Positions 1-12,712 of a DNA stretch of 64,000 nucleotides are shown one piece after another. The notes beneath the pieces were generated by a model. The model had not been told where the DNA came from, did no database searches, and was given only the letters and a program-made list of their open reading frames with translations. Source of the stretch: Leucoraja ocellata (Eukaryota); NCBI GenBank assembly GCA_036785375.1, contig JAWMAR010000069.1:7254001-7318000 (forward strand). The letters run 5' to 3'. Position 1 is the stretch's first letter, and each line of letters starts with the position of its first letter. A program made the position numbers and the translations under genes.

Positions 1-2962
1 GGTCGATACAGTTCTGTTTCCTATCAATGGCAACCCCCAAGGATATTTAAAGTGGTGTAGTGAGAGAATGGGAGATGGTAGTGCCATTGCATATAAAAGA
101 GGTAATAGCTGAATTTTCCACTATTGGATATCGAAATGCCTGACACCTGCATGGAGCCAATGTTACATGAATTATAGCCAACCATTACCTGACCTGATAT
201 TCACCTCTATGTATATTAAGAAAGCTTGTTAATTTTCAATAGAAAATGGCGTTGTCAAATTCATTGGCAATATTCAACTGGAATTTGTAGAGAAAACCAA
301 GCAGATGGTTGTTGACGTGTTTGCAAAATATAAACAGATTGGTGGTTTAAAAGTTTGTAGTGCTATGGTCAAAGACAATATTCAATATATGGCAGCACAG
401 AGTTTCACTGCAGCAATACACAGCAGTAAAGAGTTCCACTGAAACAACATAAGATAACCAAGTGAAATGATTCAATTTATCTTCTGTATTAAATTTCAAA
501 ACCGATTACTATTCAATTATATTTTGTCTCAACACATTTTACGGCACTGTGAAACCAGTGAAAAATAATGAAAGTCATTAGTTTAAGTTTAATATTTTGA
601 AGGTAATCATTGCCACAAGGTCAGTGTCTCCAATGACAAGACGTTGATGCTGATTTATAATAATTCTGTTACATTTCTGGAAATTCTTTTCGGGAATAAA
701 GAGCCTCATGCAGTATTTTTTCCCCCCAGTTTTATTTCTATGTTGGTCTGTAGAACAGACTGAATGCAAACTCTGTTGACACTTTTTTTTTGTAATCTGC
801 TTCCCCTGTCTCCATTCTGCAAACTACTGTACTTAATCTCAGCTGTCTGGCAATCATCTCCCAGGCATTACTGAATTCATTCTAAAGTGCTTCCCAGGCT
901 CAGCTGATCAAAATCTCCCCTCCCTTTAGGCCGAGGGCCTTTTCCCTTCATGTATGGCATGCATATTCAGACATTCCATGGAATGTGGATCACACAATCC
1001 AGCTTTATAGACCTGTATATTACATTGAATGGAAACTGATATTGAAAGAAACATTGCAAGTGACTTAATGTTATATTGTGTTTTAAAATGCAGATGGCAT
1101 ATACTCTTGCAATGAGGCTCCTGGACATAATTGGAGTCTATTTTAAGGAAAGGCATTAGTTTGAATGGAATGAAAAAAATTATCTTCATGAGCTCTGTTT
1201 CTCAACTAAGTCAGAACATTTTTAATCACATCAGCCTGTAAATGTAATCACCCTGTGCTGCATTATTTAATATTATACAGATGGAAATTGACCTCCTGGT
1301 GTTTGCAAGCTGTTTCAAGTCACTCTAACAAGCCTCCCTCTCTGCCTGAGCCTTCTGTTGAACAGCATCATCTCATTGATGCGAGTCCTGGGTTCCCATT
1401 ACAGCCTACAGCTCCACAACTGCAAACACTGCACCAAATCCACAAACCTGATACTGACCACACAGTAGAGGAACCTTCAGCGGAGGTTCATAAGAACAGG
1501 AGAAATCATTCGGCCTTTAGATCCATGTAGACGTCAATTAATTCATAGCTGATTAACACTTCATGGCCTCCAGGACCTGCAATTCCATATTGGAGCAAAT
1601 GGCTGTTTTAAGTTAGTCATCTCTATTTTGTACGTATCTCTATTTTGCAGACATTTCTAGTTCCACTTCTACCTTTCATTGGACAAATAAAAACATTTAT
1701 TTACTAAGATTTCTTCCGAATAGCTGGAATTTAATTTTAAGGTTCTTCCCCTCTCCCCCCCTTCCCCCCTCACCCCCCCCCCCCCCCCCCCCACCCCCCA
1801 CCTGTCTCAGACTCAAACACCAACAGTAACAGATTCCCCTCCATTCGTTCTGTTAATTTCATTCAAAATCCTAAAAAAAAGCAGAAACTAATTCTATGTT
1901 ATCATTCTTGACTTCATGACTATTGTCCATATGATCTCTATCTGTTATTTTAATCCTTCAGTTTGGGAATATTCTGGTCAATCCTAAAGGCACAATGTTC
2001 ACACTGCAAGTAGTGAAGCTGCAGCAAATCACCCTCCATTGTATCTTCCCGTCCTCCAGAGATATTCTACTCCCTCAAATATCCTGTTAGCAATTTTGAT
2101 TATTCTGTGAAACTGCAAAAATTCAATTGATAAATGTTCCACTCAAATAGTTACATTAAGATCTTATCCGTATGACAATTCTGGCACCATCCTATCAGAG
2201 GTAATCACTATCTCCTATCTATCCCTCCACACCCCTCTCTGTAATTTAAAAATAACTTATTTTCGTTGAAAGTTTTCACAGACCTCCTTCCAAAATTTGA
2301 TGTTATTTTTCTAATTCCTAACATTTTCTGATATTATATCATATTTCCAGCCACTGCAGATTATTTATTGATTTTCATTTTGGTTATTTTGTGTGCCTGA
2401 CCATTGCATTTTAATACCCAGTGTACATAGAATTTGAAATCACTTTGGCTTCAAAGGTCAAGATCAAGTTTAGCTCAAATAATTTTATTGATTTGTATAA
2501 TTGAGTTCAGCAACGTAATGAATTTCAAGAAGTTCTGTTGAATGAAACACGTACATTTTGTGTGCAATGATTGCTTACTTGTTGAAAATATATATCTTGA
2601 AAACACAAGTGAGAACAACATCCATAAAATATGAATGCTTAATGGTGAATTTTTAATAAAATAACAAATCGATAGCAGCTCAAAGTGGATCGATCACCTA
2701 TTCTAAATTCTAGCGAACTGTCTTATCCATTGACTTTAATTGAAAGGATTTTGCATCAAATGCAAAATAGATAATCAGTTGATTCTATAATGGATGGCCT
2801 GTTGACTGTCAATAGTTTTCTACATGCACTGTTGCTTTAATGACCTCTATATGTTCTGAAATAAGATATATAAATATTAAATGATTTTGAGGGAGCAAAA
2901 AGTAGACAACTTTAATTGTTAAATATCTGAGCAAAGTTTGAGGCATTGAGGCATCCAACATG

Positions 2963-3250
2963 TTTAGTTTAGTTTTGTTTATTGTCACCTGTACCGAGGT
3001 ACAGTGAAAACCTTTTGCTGCGTGCTAACCAGTCACCAGAAAGACAATACATGATTACAATCAATCCCTTTACAGTGTAAAGGTGATATGCATGATAAGG
3101 GAACAACGATTAGTGCAAGATAAAGTCAGCGAAGTCTGATCAAGGATAGTCTGAGGGTCACCAAACAGGTGGATAGTAGTTCAACACTGTTCTCTGGTTG
3201 TGCTAGGATGATTCAGTTGCCTGATAGCAGCTGGGAAGAAACTGTCCCTG
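2963..3250 (-). mobile_element. Rex1/Babar-type LINE 3' end fragment
   Basis: Plus-strand TTTATTGTCACCTGTACCGAGGTACAGTGAAA is the terminal stem-loop shared with the Rex-type copy at 52742-53270; short simple-repeat tail at 2963-2980; ends in GGGAAGAAACTGTCCCTG (ORF end in antisense). Confidence 0.6.
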
Positions 3251-3463
3251 TTGTTATGCCGATAATTATGTCCACCCGTCTTTCACATTTCCACCTTGGG
3301 AAATGCTGCAATGCTGCTTGGACAACAGGCCTTTATGGCCAGGTTAGGAACTCTCCACTGAAACCAACTTGGAGTTGAAAGTTGCGGCAAAACCTGGCGA
3401 CTCTTGCTAACTATCTCACAGTACATTTACTAAACACTGGGATTAATCTAACAAGGTGCTTAT

Positions 3464-3787
3464 GTTTAGTTTAGTTTAGTGTAGAGATACAGTACGGAAA
3501 CAGGCCCTTTGGCCCACCAAGCCTGCATCAACCAGCGATTCCTGCACATTAACACTATCCTACAAAAACTAGGGACAATGAACAATTGTACCAAGCCAAT
3601 TTACCTACAAACTTGTATGTCTTTGGAGTTTGGGAGGAAACCTAAGATCTCGGAGAAAACCTATGTGGTCATAGGGAGAACGTACAAACTATGCGCAGAC
3701 AGCACCCGTAGTTGGGATCGAACCCGGATCTCTGATGCTGCAAGCTCTGTAAGGCAACGACTCTATACGTGCACCACTGTGCTGCCC
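3464..3787 (-). mobile_element. HE1-type tRNA-derived SINE, near full length
   Basis: Minus strand begins GGGCAGCACAGTGG, B box GGTTCGATCCC at 3724-3714, CR1-like 3' tail GGGCCTGTTTCCGTACTGTATCTCTA and (AAACT)n terminal repeats. Confidence 0.85.
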
Positions 3788-5476
3788 GAACAATGTATGT
3801 ATTATGTACAGTAATGCTTGTACTAAGTGTATGCAAAAAGAAATTGCACCGTAACTCGATACATGTGACATTAAAGTACCATTGAACTATTAAAGTCACT
3901 AGATTAATCACTCAGTAAATGATGGAGATTAGGAAGTGATCACAGCTGCATGTTAATTGCATTTTTTCACTATACTGACAGCAATACCTGGATTCAGAAA
4001 CATCATTGATTTTTTTCTCTTAAGAGTTTTACAACCTTGCTTTGCAAATGCAATAACATTGGGAAAAAGTAAAATGGGTCCCTCTGAACTGTGGAACGTA
4101 TTTATCTATTAAATCATCTGGAAGATGATGTCTGCAAAACCTGAGAGATACACATGCACTTCAGTACTAAAACTGCAATTTTCTGCAGTTACTGAGGCTC
4201 TGTATGTAAAATGAAACAAGAATATATGCCCCATTTGTCAAGGAAACAGTGAAACAGAGTGTGTGAAAGCTGCAGAAGAATTACTGATTGTATTCAATCC
4301 ATCATCTCTGCCGCTAACAGTGGTGAAATAGGAGCAGCAGAATTGGGTCAGCTATGTTTTAACACTATTTTTACCTTCATTTACAATTGATTATGTTCTG
4401 TGTTTGTAGCATTGAATCTTTCTATTACAAAGGCCAAAACTGAATTAAATCAATAGCTTTTAACAGTTATATTTCAGTTTCAAAACATAGTTGGTGTTAC
4501 ATCACCTTTGCACTAGGATCTATTTCTTTAGCTAAATATACCTACTTCATTTCAGAAATCTGTGTTTTTTTTCCTTATTTATGTTTCGTTGTTGCATAAA
4601 ATCATTGTACATTCCTTAAAAGCAGTTTTTCATTTTCAGCTCAACTCAATCATCTGATACCCAGCTCGAATGTCTAACATGACCCACGTGTCAACTTAAT
4701 ATCATTGTGGCTTCAACAAATTGCTTTGTCATCTGAACAAATCAGTGAATGTCTAAACACATTATCCCGTGGAATGTTTGTTTTTAAGTGGATATGTAAA
4801 AGTTCATGTGCATTTATCGATTTTTGTGCTTGCAGATTCTTAAAGGGTTTAGTTATTGGTGTTAAAAACACATCTAACAAAACAATGCATTTGTCTTAAA
4901 ATGTAACAAATGCCAGGCTTGGTCCTGCTTTTCAATTAATTCTAAGTTAGACCCATCCCAAATGAAGGCCAGCAGTCTCTATTCTGAAGATTAAAATAAG
5001 GAAAATCAAATTGTTTAGTCATGTTTTAGAATAAAGATTCATACAAAACTGTTCTTATTCAATCTTTCACCTGGAGGAGGGAGAGGTGCATTCACCATAT
5101 CACTGACTCACTCACTCTATCACTTTCTCTCACAGTCTCTAATATAAAGCGTAAGATCTTGAGACAAAGGAGCACAATTAGGTCATTCAGCCCATCGAGT
5201 TTGCACTGCCTCCACCAATGTCCTGTTGTTCAATGATTCATTTTTGGCCCACTCTACACAAGAAGGTGCATGATCAGTGCTCCTGATAAAATTCTTCTTG
5301 CAATAATCTTCACATGTCACTGGCTAGTGTCGGATGTCCCTGAAGCAACATGTCCTTCAGTAAATGCATTGGATGCCAAGTTGCTGGCATGCTGCAAGCT
5401 TGGTATCTCCAATTACTACACTTTTACGGAACTCCTCCAAATCTCCTCTATCCTCATTCTCTGCTTTTAGTTGAAA

Positions 5477-5681
5477 CTAGACCAAGTGCAGACCCGTTGG
5501 ATTTGATTAAAAAAGTGTACATAAACACGACAACATTTAATGAGGAGTGGATACTTGGAATGAAAAGTGAAATCTCTACCGAAATGGAAAAAATCAGGGC
5601 GTTTCTGGGTCAGGTGTTGGCGTAGCAACGAATCAAAGGCTGGCAGCCACAAGTCAGGCAGAAACACACATAGCCAGCCGG
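5477..5681 (-). mobile_element. Non-autonomous Helitron, 3' end; 5' part lost in assembly gap
   Basis: Minus strand ends CCAACGGGTCTGCACTTGGTCTAG|T, matching the hairpin plus CTAG termini at 31824-31848 and 32797-32821. Confidence 0.75.
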
Positions 5682-5909
5682 NNNNNNNNNNNNNNNNNNN
5701 NNNNNNNNNNNNNNNNNNNNNNNNNNNNNNNNNNNNNNNNNNNNNNNNNNNNNNNNNNNNNNNNNNNNNNNNNNNNNNNNNNNNNNNNNNNNNNNNNNNN
5801 NNNNNNNNNNNNNNNNNNNNNNNNNNNNNNNNNNNNNNNNNNNNNNNNNNNNNNNNNNNNNNNNNNNNNNNNNNNNNNNNNNNNNNNNNNNNNNNNNNNN
5901 NNNNNNNNN
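5682..5909. other. Assembly gap (228 N)
   Basis: Run of N. Confidence 1.
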
Positions 5910-6486
5910 TATGTGTTTACTATATACTTGATCTATGTGTCTGGGTAACCAGGGATGCACCCAATGGCACTTTATTGGCACATGTACCAAGGCACAGTGA
6001 ATTTCTATTTTTGCATGCAATTCAGAAACAACCTTACTATATCTGAGACACAATTATACTTAAGTAGAAGAGTATATGATCATGGATTATACAAAGACAG
6101 TACACAAGAGTCACCATATTTCTTTCAAATTCAGATTTATTAAAAATGTTGTGTCTTAATGTGGCTAGAAAGGCCCGTCACCCTGGCAGTGGCACTGGGT
6201 TGGAGTAGCGGGGGGGACAGCCTGGCCAGACGATATTGTCGATGAGCTCCTCTACCACTCCGCGTCTGATCCATGTGCGTGTGGGAATGAAATGGTTGCT
6301 GCACATACCAATTCAATGAGCAAAGCCCACAACTGAGGAGGAAGTGGAGAAAGCACATGATAGAAGGTTTCCGCTCTAAGATCTTTGGTTAGCATGGTGT
6401 TTAAAAAACAGGGTCCATCAAAGTAAAAATAAAATTAGAGATGCAAGATATCAAGACTGCGAGATATCAAGATCAAGCTGCATCTG

Positions 6487-6586
6487 TGAGAAGAGGTAGA
6501 GGGGAGAAGGGTAATGAGGAAAGGGAGAGAGGGGGAGGAGAGATAGGGAGAGGAGGAGAGAGAGACGAGTAGGAGACGGAGAGAAA
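6487..6586 (+). repeat. Low-complexity GA-rich purine tract
   Basis: About 100 bp almost entirely G/A. Confidence 0.9.
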
Positions 6587-8761
6587 CATACCCATTTCTG
6601 TTCAATAAACTTTTATTGGCTCCATTGATATGCTGAGCATCTGCAGAATGTATAGATGAATGCAGTGCCAGTCTAGTTATACAGTATGAAGACATGCTTA
6701 TCTTACAACATGCCCCAATCCATTCTAAGGCAAGTTGGTTGAGATTCCCTGTGAGTTGATGCATGTTTGGTCAAAAGCAACAGCAGTCTTATGCTGGATA
6801 GACTCTGATGGAATATCTGGATTGATACAAAATTATCCATGCCATAAGCCACTGACTTCCTTGGCCCATATTTCCCCAATGTGGCTTTAGTATGTTTAGA
6901 TTCCAGGCTGCTTTGCACTGTGGAGCTTTCAGAGGCCTGGATAAAATGCTTGGCAGTGCTAAGTACTGCAGTTACAGAATCTAACATTTTCAAGCTTATA
7001 CCTTATTGTTGAGGCAGATTTTCCTCACTATCAATATCGTATTGACAGCAATAGGCTCCAAAGGATCCAAATGAACATTGAACGGAGATTAAGTTTTGAG
7101 GCAGGGACCAAATAGAGCGGGGAGGGTTTGCTATTGCTGACTGGCCAAAGAAATTAAATGGTCATTCTCCTGTCTTATTACAGAATGTGTACTGATCCAG
7201 AACAAAAGCAAGTCCCATTTTATGGTTGGAAATGAATACTCACAAGCAATGTGATGGTGTGTAATCTGTTCATTTCACAGTGATTAAAGCTGGTGCATTT
7301 TTTTTTAATCAGTGTTCGGTTTTGGTCTTCCTCAATTTTATTTACTCTGCAACATTTTGATTTTTCTTTGTGAATCTTCATTTACATTAACATTCTTTTC
7401 ATTTTGAATCAGATTTAGTTTTCGGAATGAGTGGCATCCTATGCAAATGTTTTTTTTATAATGAAGGCAGTTTATTACCAGGCATTCTGCATTGCCACTG
7501 AACCATGAATCAAAAGGCACAGCTCTGCCAGGCAGCAGTCTCGTTCAGATCACAATTCGTAAACATCAGCACATCACTTCACACATCTCAGCTTGGCTCC
7601 ATTGTTATCCCAATGAAGAGGTTGTCAGGAGCTTCTTATTCCAATATTGGAAAATCATTGACAATTTGCTGCAGGGAGAAACTTTAAATGCATTGTAGAT
7701 TATGACTCACGGTGGTAAATGACGGCAAATTGCAATTTACAAGTTGTGCGAGCAAACGCAAAGATCTGAAATTACTCATGATTATTTTTTTGCTGTATCT
7801 TTAAATATTCACTGCTGCAATGTTTTCATGTGAAGGGCATGTGGTTGGATTCCCCAAAATTCACTCTGGAGAAATGGCTCTCAGAATCTGTGCCAGGTTA
7901 GACCAGGCACAGAATTGCTCACCCAGTAAATTCAAAGGGAAGCATGAATAACACCAATAAATATAGAGACCTGATGTTGGTGTAGACTGTTCTGTATGAT
8001 TCTATGAAAAGAAATATAAAGATTATCTTCCTTTATTTTTAATTAATGGTGGTTTGTTTAATATTTTAAAATATATATTTAATGTAGTTTATTTAAAATG
8101 CTTTAATGATTATTACATTTAAAACAAATCCATTATTCATTTTTAATAGGCCACAGATATTTCTGAACAAAAATCATTTTAAAATTCCACGTTGAAACTT
8201 GTTATATTGCACATCTCATATCAAGCAAAGTTGATTAGAACTTGTATTTTAAGTTTCTCAGTGCCCCACTACATTTTTACATATGGCCCCAGTAGTTTAA
8301 TTGGGTCCCCCATCAAAATGGATAAATTGACTTTGAGCAAGTGTGCACCAGCACGAGCTTATGTTTCATCGGATAATGTGTTTACACAGTTTCCAATAGA
8401 AGCAGTGTGAGTTTCAAACTTCCTGTCTGCAGAGCCCATGCAGAAGGGTGCTGGCCCTGAATAATTAAAGCAAGGCCAATGTCTTCCTCTACCACAGCTA
8501 GTTACTTCAAAATAAAACAATGCTTATGGAACCCATGGCAGAAGTAATCCAGCTTATAGGTTTTTCAGAAGCTGCTACCACACGTGGAAATGTACATTTC
8601 AGGGACTGACGACAGTGAAAGAACAAAATATCTGGATAGTACCCCGGGTTGGCAGTGATGGATGTGACTGAAGGCAGTAGCTGAGGCTACAAACAATAGA
8701 AAAGTAAAGCAATTCATGAACAGAATACATTTTATTGTTAATCTTGCATTATAGTTATGCA

Positions 8762-9060
8762 GTGGCACAGTGGCGCAGCTGGTAGTTCTAGTATCTCACA
8801 GCACCAGAGCCTTACGGTTGATTCTGATCTCTGGTGCTGTCTGTGTGGAGTTTGCACGTTCTCCAGGCAATCTGGTTTCCTCCAATATCCCAAAGACGTG
8901 CAAATTTGCAGGTTAATTGGTCTCTGTAAATTGTTGCTGGTGTGAGGGGAGTGGATGAGAAAGTGGGATATCAGGAAGCCAGTGTGATCGATGGTCGGTG
9001 TGGACTATATGTTAAAGGTCTTGTTTCGATTCTGTGTCTCTAAACTAATCTAAACTAATC
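8762..9060 (+). mobile_element. HE1-type SINE (diverged)
   Basis: GTGGCACAGTGGCGCAGCTGGTAG head, GGTGCTGTCTGTGTGGAGTTTGCACGTTCTCC body, CTAAACTAATCTAAACTAATC tail. Confidence 0.8.
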
Positions 9061-9711
9061 TGATGTTTTGAAGAAGAGTAGCAGATAGAGCAGGAAATTA
9101 TAGACCAATTCTTTGAATGAAAAATGCTGGTGCTTGTCAGAGACACTATCGGTTTTCACTGAAGGAGCACAAACAGTGAACAGTCATAATTCTCAATAAA
9201 TGGAAAAAGGTCTATCCATTGGGAAGCCATTAGCTGATGCCAGAAATAATGATTTCATGCACTGTGATCTGGTTAATTCACACTATTCTTCAATGACACA
9301 GAGGAGAATATTATTGCAATGTAATAATATTTGTTAGAAATGTGGCTCGATGGCAAATATAGGAATAATAGCGACATTTAAGAGCTGAACTAATTCAGCA
9401 GATGGTATGAAATATAAATGCATTTTAATTGAGATAAATGCATATTGAAACAGGAACTGCAGATGTGTGCATGATGAAAATAAATTATTTTGGGACCAGA
9501 CAGTGGAAAGAGGAATTAGCCAAATGCCTTCACATTGAAATACACTGTCAAGTGTGGGTCGGGTTCCATTAATAACCATGTAAACAGCTGTCACTGCTTT
9601 GATATTCTACTGACACTTCTAGGATAGGGAGGGCCATCCAAAGTTTTCATTCTGATTTTTTTTTTTAAACATTGGGCAGAACCACACCAGAGATTTTACA
9701 GAGTATTTCAT

Positions 9712-10029
9712 GGGCAGCATGGTGGCGCCGCAGTAGAGTTATGACCTTACAATACTTGCAGTGCCAGAGACCCGAGTCTGATCCAGATTACGGGTGCTGT
9801 CTGTACCGAGTTTGTACGTTTCCACGTGACTGAGTGGGTTTTCTCCGAGATCTTCGGTTTTCTCCCACACAATCCATAGACGTACAGGTTTGTAGGTTAA
9901 TTGGCTTGGTATAAAAATAAAATTGTCCCTAGTGTGTGTGTAGGATGGTGTTAAGCTGCGGGGATTACTGGTCAGTGCGAAGGGCCGAACGTCCTGTTAC
10001 AGCACTGTATTTCTAAACTAAACTAAACT
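9712..10029 (+). mobile_element. HE1-type SINE
   Basis: GGGCAGCATGGTGGCGCCGCAGTAGAG head, same body as 3464-3787, tail CTGTATTTCTAAACTAAACTAAAC. Confidence 0.85.
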
Positions 10030-10168
10030 GTCAATTATCTGCAGTGTTTGTGTTATCACCGACAACTCAGTGTTTGCACCATTTCAGGATTTATCATTGA
10101 ATCCAGTGGAGTCTCATAGCATCCAGTGAAGCTGCTGCCTTCATGTATCCAACCCCTAAGCTTTACAC

Positions 10169-10352
10169 CAGTGGTTCTCAACCTTTTTGGCACCAGTACG
10201 CGCATACGCAAACAAAATACTGCATGTGGTATGTACCTTTGTTAGGTTCCAAAACATGGGCTCAACAAATTGATATGTTATTTGTGTCCCCTTCATGACC
10301 CCCAGCAAATGAACCCCATAGGGGGTCACGACCCCCAGGTTAAGAACCACTG
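10169..10352. mobile_element. hAT (Charlie/Buster-like) MITE, 184 bp
   Basis: TIRs CAGTGGTTCTCAAC ... GTTAAGAACCACTG; perfect 8-bp TSD CTTTACAC at 10161-10168 and 10353-10360 with central TA. Confidence 0.92.
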
Positions 10353-11534
10353 CTTTACACTAACCAGAGCTAATTCAATAATTCAGATCCCATTCTTGTA
10401 TAAAGAGATATCACCAAAGTTTATCTTTCTTCCTCACTGTAAATTTAATTACATGATTTTTTAAGACTTTTTTTGATTTTTACTTTTTTATTTTGCAATA
10501 ATGTCATATCACCTAAAATACAAGTATAAGGCATGCACAGAACATAAATGCTCACCTTCCCTTTCACTTGGAATTGTTTCAACTTGTATGGTTGGCAAAA
10601 CCAAGGGCAGCTCTCCTTTCATGAGCAAGGTGGAATCCAACATTGACACACCTAGTCCTCTTTCTATGTGCTTGTTCCGTTCTCAGCCCATTGGATTGGC
10701 AATCCATCAACCCCAGGCATTTCTTCCATTCACTGTCATCAGTCAGTGTGTATCACCCAGGGTAATCCAATAGTAGGCTGGTCCCACACCCATGATCTTT
10801 ATTGCCAGAAAGGAGCTGTTCAGCAATCACATGGTCACACCATCACCTGTAGGTTCCCCTTGAAGTTGCATAACATCGTGACTATGGACATTTATCATGT
10901 TATTCGTCATTGTTGGTTCTAGGTCCAGGTGATGCCACCCCCAACAGTACTGTAAGACTCCCCTCTCCAGAAAGACGGCAACAATTCAAGGCTCTCCTCT
11001 GCCTTCCCAAGGGTAGTTGGGGATGGGCAATAAATGTTGGGCTTGTCATTTTTATCCCAAAATGAATTTTGAACAAATATCACAAGGTGGAATCTGCCCT
11101 TAAGCAGTTGTGGTGCCCAGATGTAGCTCCTTGGCTCATTCTCCAAAATTACTAGATTATGAATGAATGCTGAGCTTCCCACAGTGCCCATTATATATAT
11201 TTAATAATAAGAAACTTGAATCCCTAATGTATCGCTTGTTGGTGTTGATTGGTGGTGAGGGATTGAGGTGTGCTGTACGGAGCAATGTATGAGTGCATGT
11301 GTGCACAGATGGTCTTTATTTATGATTTATTGTCTTGGGTCCATGTGCTGTCATTAAAACTTAACCTGCACTGGGACCATGCCTTCAGGAACCACTTTAT
11401 CTACTTACTTTCCAGCTACTTTGCTCCCTCTGTTTCACTTCCTGAAACCATTGTAGCTTCCAAGACCACCAATTATGATATTAATTTGTAAATGTTGTTA
11501 TAGTCAGTGTTTTAGCTATTTCCTCTGGCAGAAG

Positions 11535-11750
11535 AAGATACAAAATGCTGGAATAACTCATGCAGCATCTCTGGAGAGCATGGATAGGTGACATGTCGGG
11601 TCAGAGACCTTTTTGAGTCCTTCAGAGCTTCTTCAGTCCTTACCCAAAACATCGTCTGTCTATGTTCTCCAGAGTTGCTGCCTGACCTGTTGAGTTACTC
11701 CAGTATGTATCTTTCTTTAGTATAAACCAGCACCTGCAGTTGCTTATTTA
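11535..11750. mobile_element. Penelope-derived short element with inverted arms
   Basis: Left arm CAAAATGCTGGAATAACTCA...GCAGCATCTCTGGAG is the inverse of right arm CTCCAGAGTTGCTGCC...TGAGTTACTCCAG; ends AAACCAGCACCTGCAGTT. Confidence 0.7.
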
Positions 11751-12592
11751 CCTCATCTGACAACCCGTTCCATGTATTCACTGTGTCAACTTTGTTTGAA
11801 GAAATATGTACACATTTATCTTGGAATGTGTAGCTGTCATATTGTTTTGTTTACCCATCTATGCAGCCAAACTATAAAATCTCTTCAATATGATTTAATG
11901 ATCACCTTCCCGTCACATGTTGAGGCATTTGTTAGATTAGGTTCAAACTGCTCTTTGGACTCTTGAAATGATTCACAATTACTGTGCCATTATATGAGAA
12001 AGAATATGGTTGGCAATGGCCAAACTCTCACATTGATTCCCCTAATAGCCCAAAAATCTAAGCCCTCAGAATATGCAACAAAATAACATTATTAACAAAG
12101 TTGTCTGTGATATGGAATTCCAAAGATTCACATCCTTTTGAAAAGATAAATTATTCCATCCCTTAAATGTGTATCCCTTCAATCAGAAAATATGAGCACA
12201 CGTTCTAGTTCCCCAGCCAGGGAAAGATCTACACAGCTTCTACCTTCACAAGCTTCCTGAGAATCTTATTTGCCTGAAATGAGATTTTACCTTTCATTCT
12301 CAACTCCCTGGAGCAAAAGGGTAATCTTTGCTGATCCCAGGGATCAATCAAGTGAATGTTCTTGGCATCGTCCTAAGGCTTGTTCTTTCCCATACTTGAA
12401 GATTAAGACTACAAAATCAAAAGTAGGCTCATCAAAACCAGACACAAATGCATCAGGACTTCTCTCCTTTCCTACTCCAATCCTCCTGTTGCCTTACTAA
12501 TCGCCACATGCTAATTGTCCCAGTTTTGTATGAGGATATTTATTGAGGTGCCCTGATATATCTTGAAGTTCTCCGCTATGAATAACATATGC

Positions 12593-12646
12593 TATATGTG
12601 TGTGTGTATGTACGTATATGTATACACACGCACACACACACACATG

Positions 12647-12709
<63 letters not shown>
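12593..12709. repeat. Compound microsatellite (TG)n/(CA)n followed by (TA)31
   Basis: Perfect TA run at 12648-12709 preceded by TG and CA runs. Confidence 0.95.

Positions 12710-12712
<3 letters not shown>

Noticed and set aside
1281-1530. P/Q/S-rich 91-aa ORF that could be an exon
   Set aside because: Weak acceptor and donor, no recognisable homology, and the 3' end runs into repeat-like sequence.
5471-5625. Apparent coding exon ETRPSADPLDLIKKVYINTTTFNEEWILGMKSEISTEMEKIRAFLGQVLA after a good acceptor
   Set aside because: It is the antisense of a Helitron 3' end that is repeated at 31848 and 32821.
5567-6053. 159-aa and 147-aa ORFs
   Set aside because: Artefacts of translating through the N gap.
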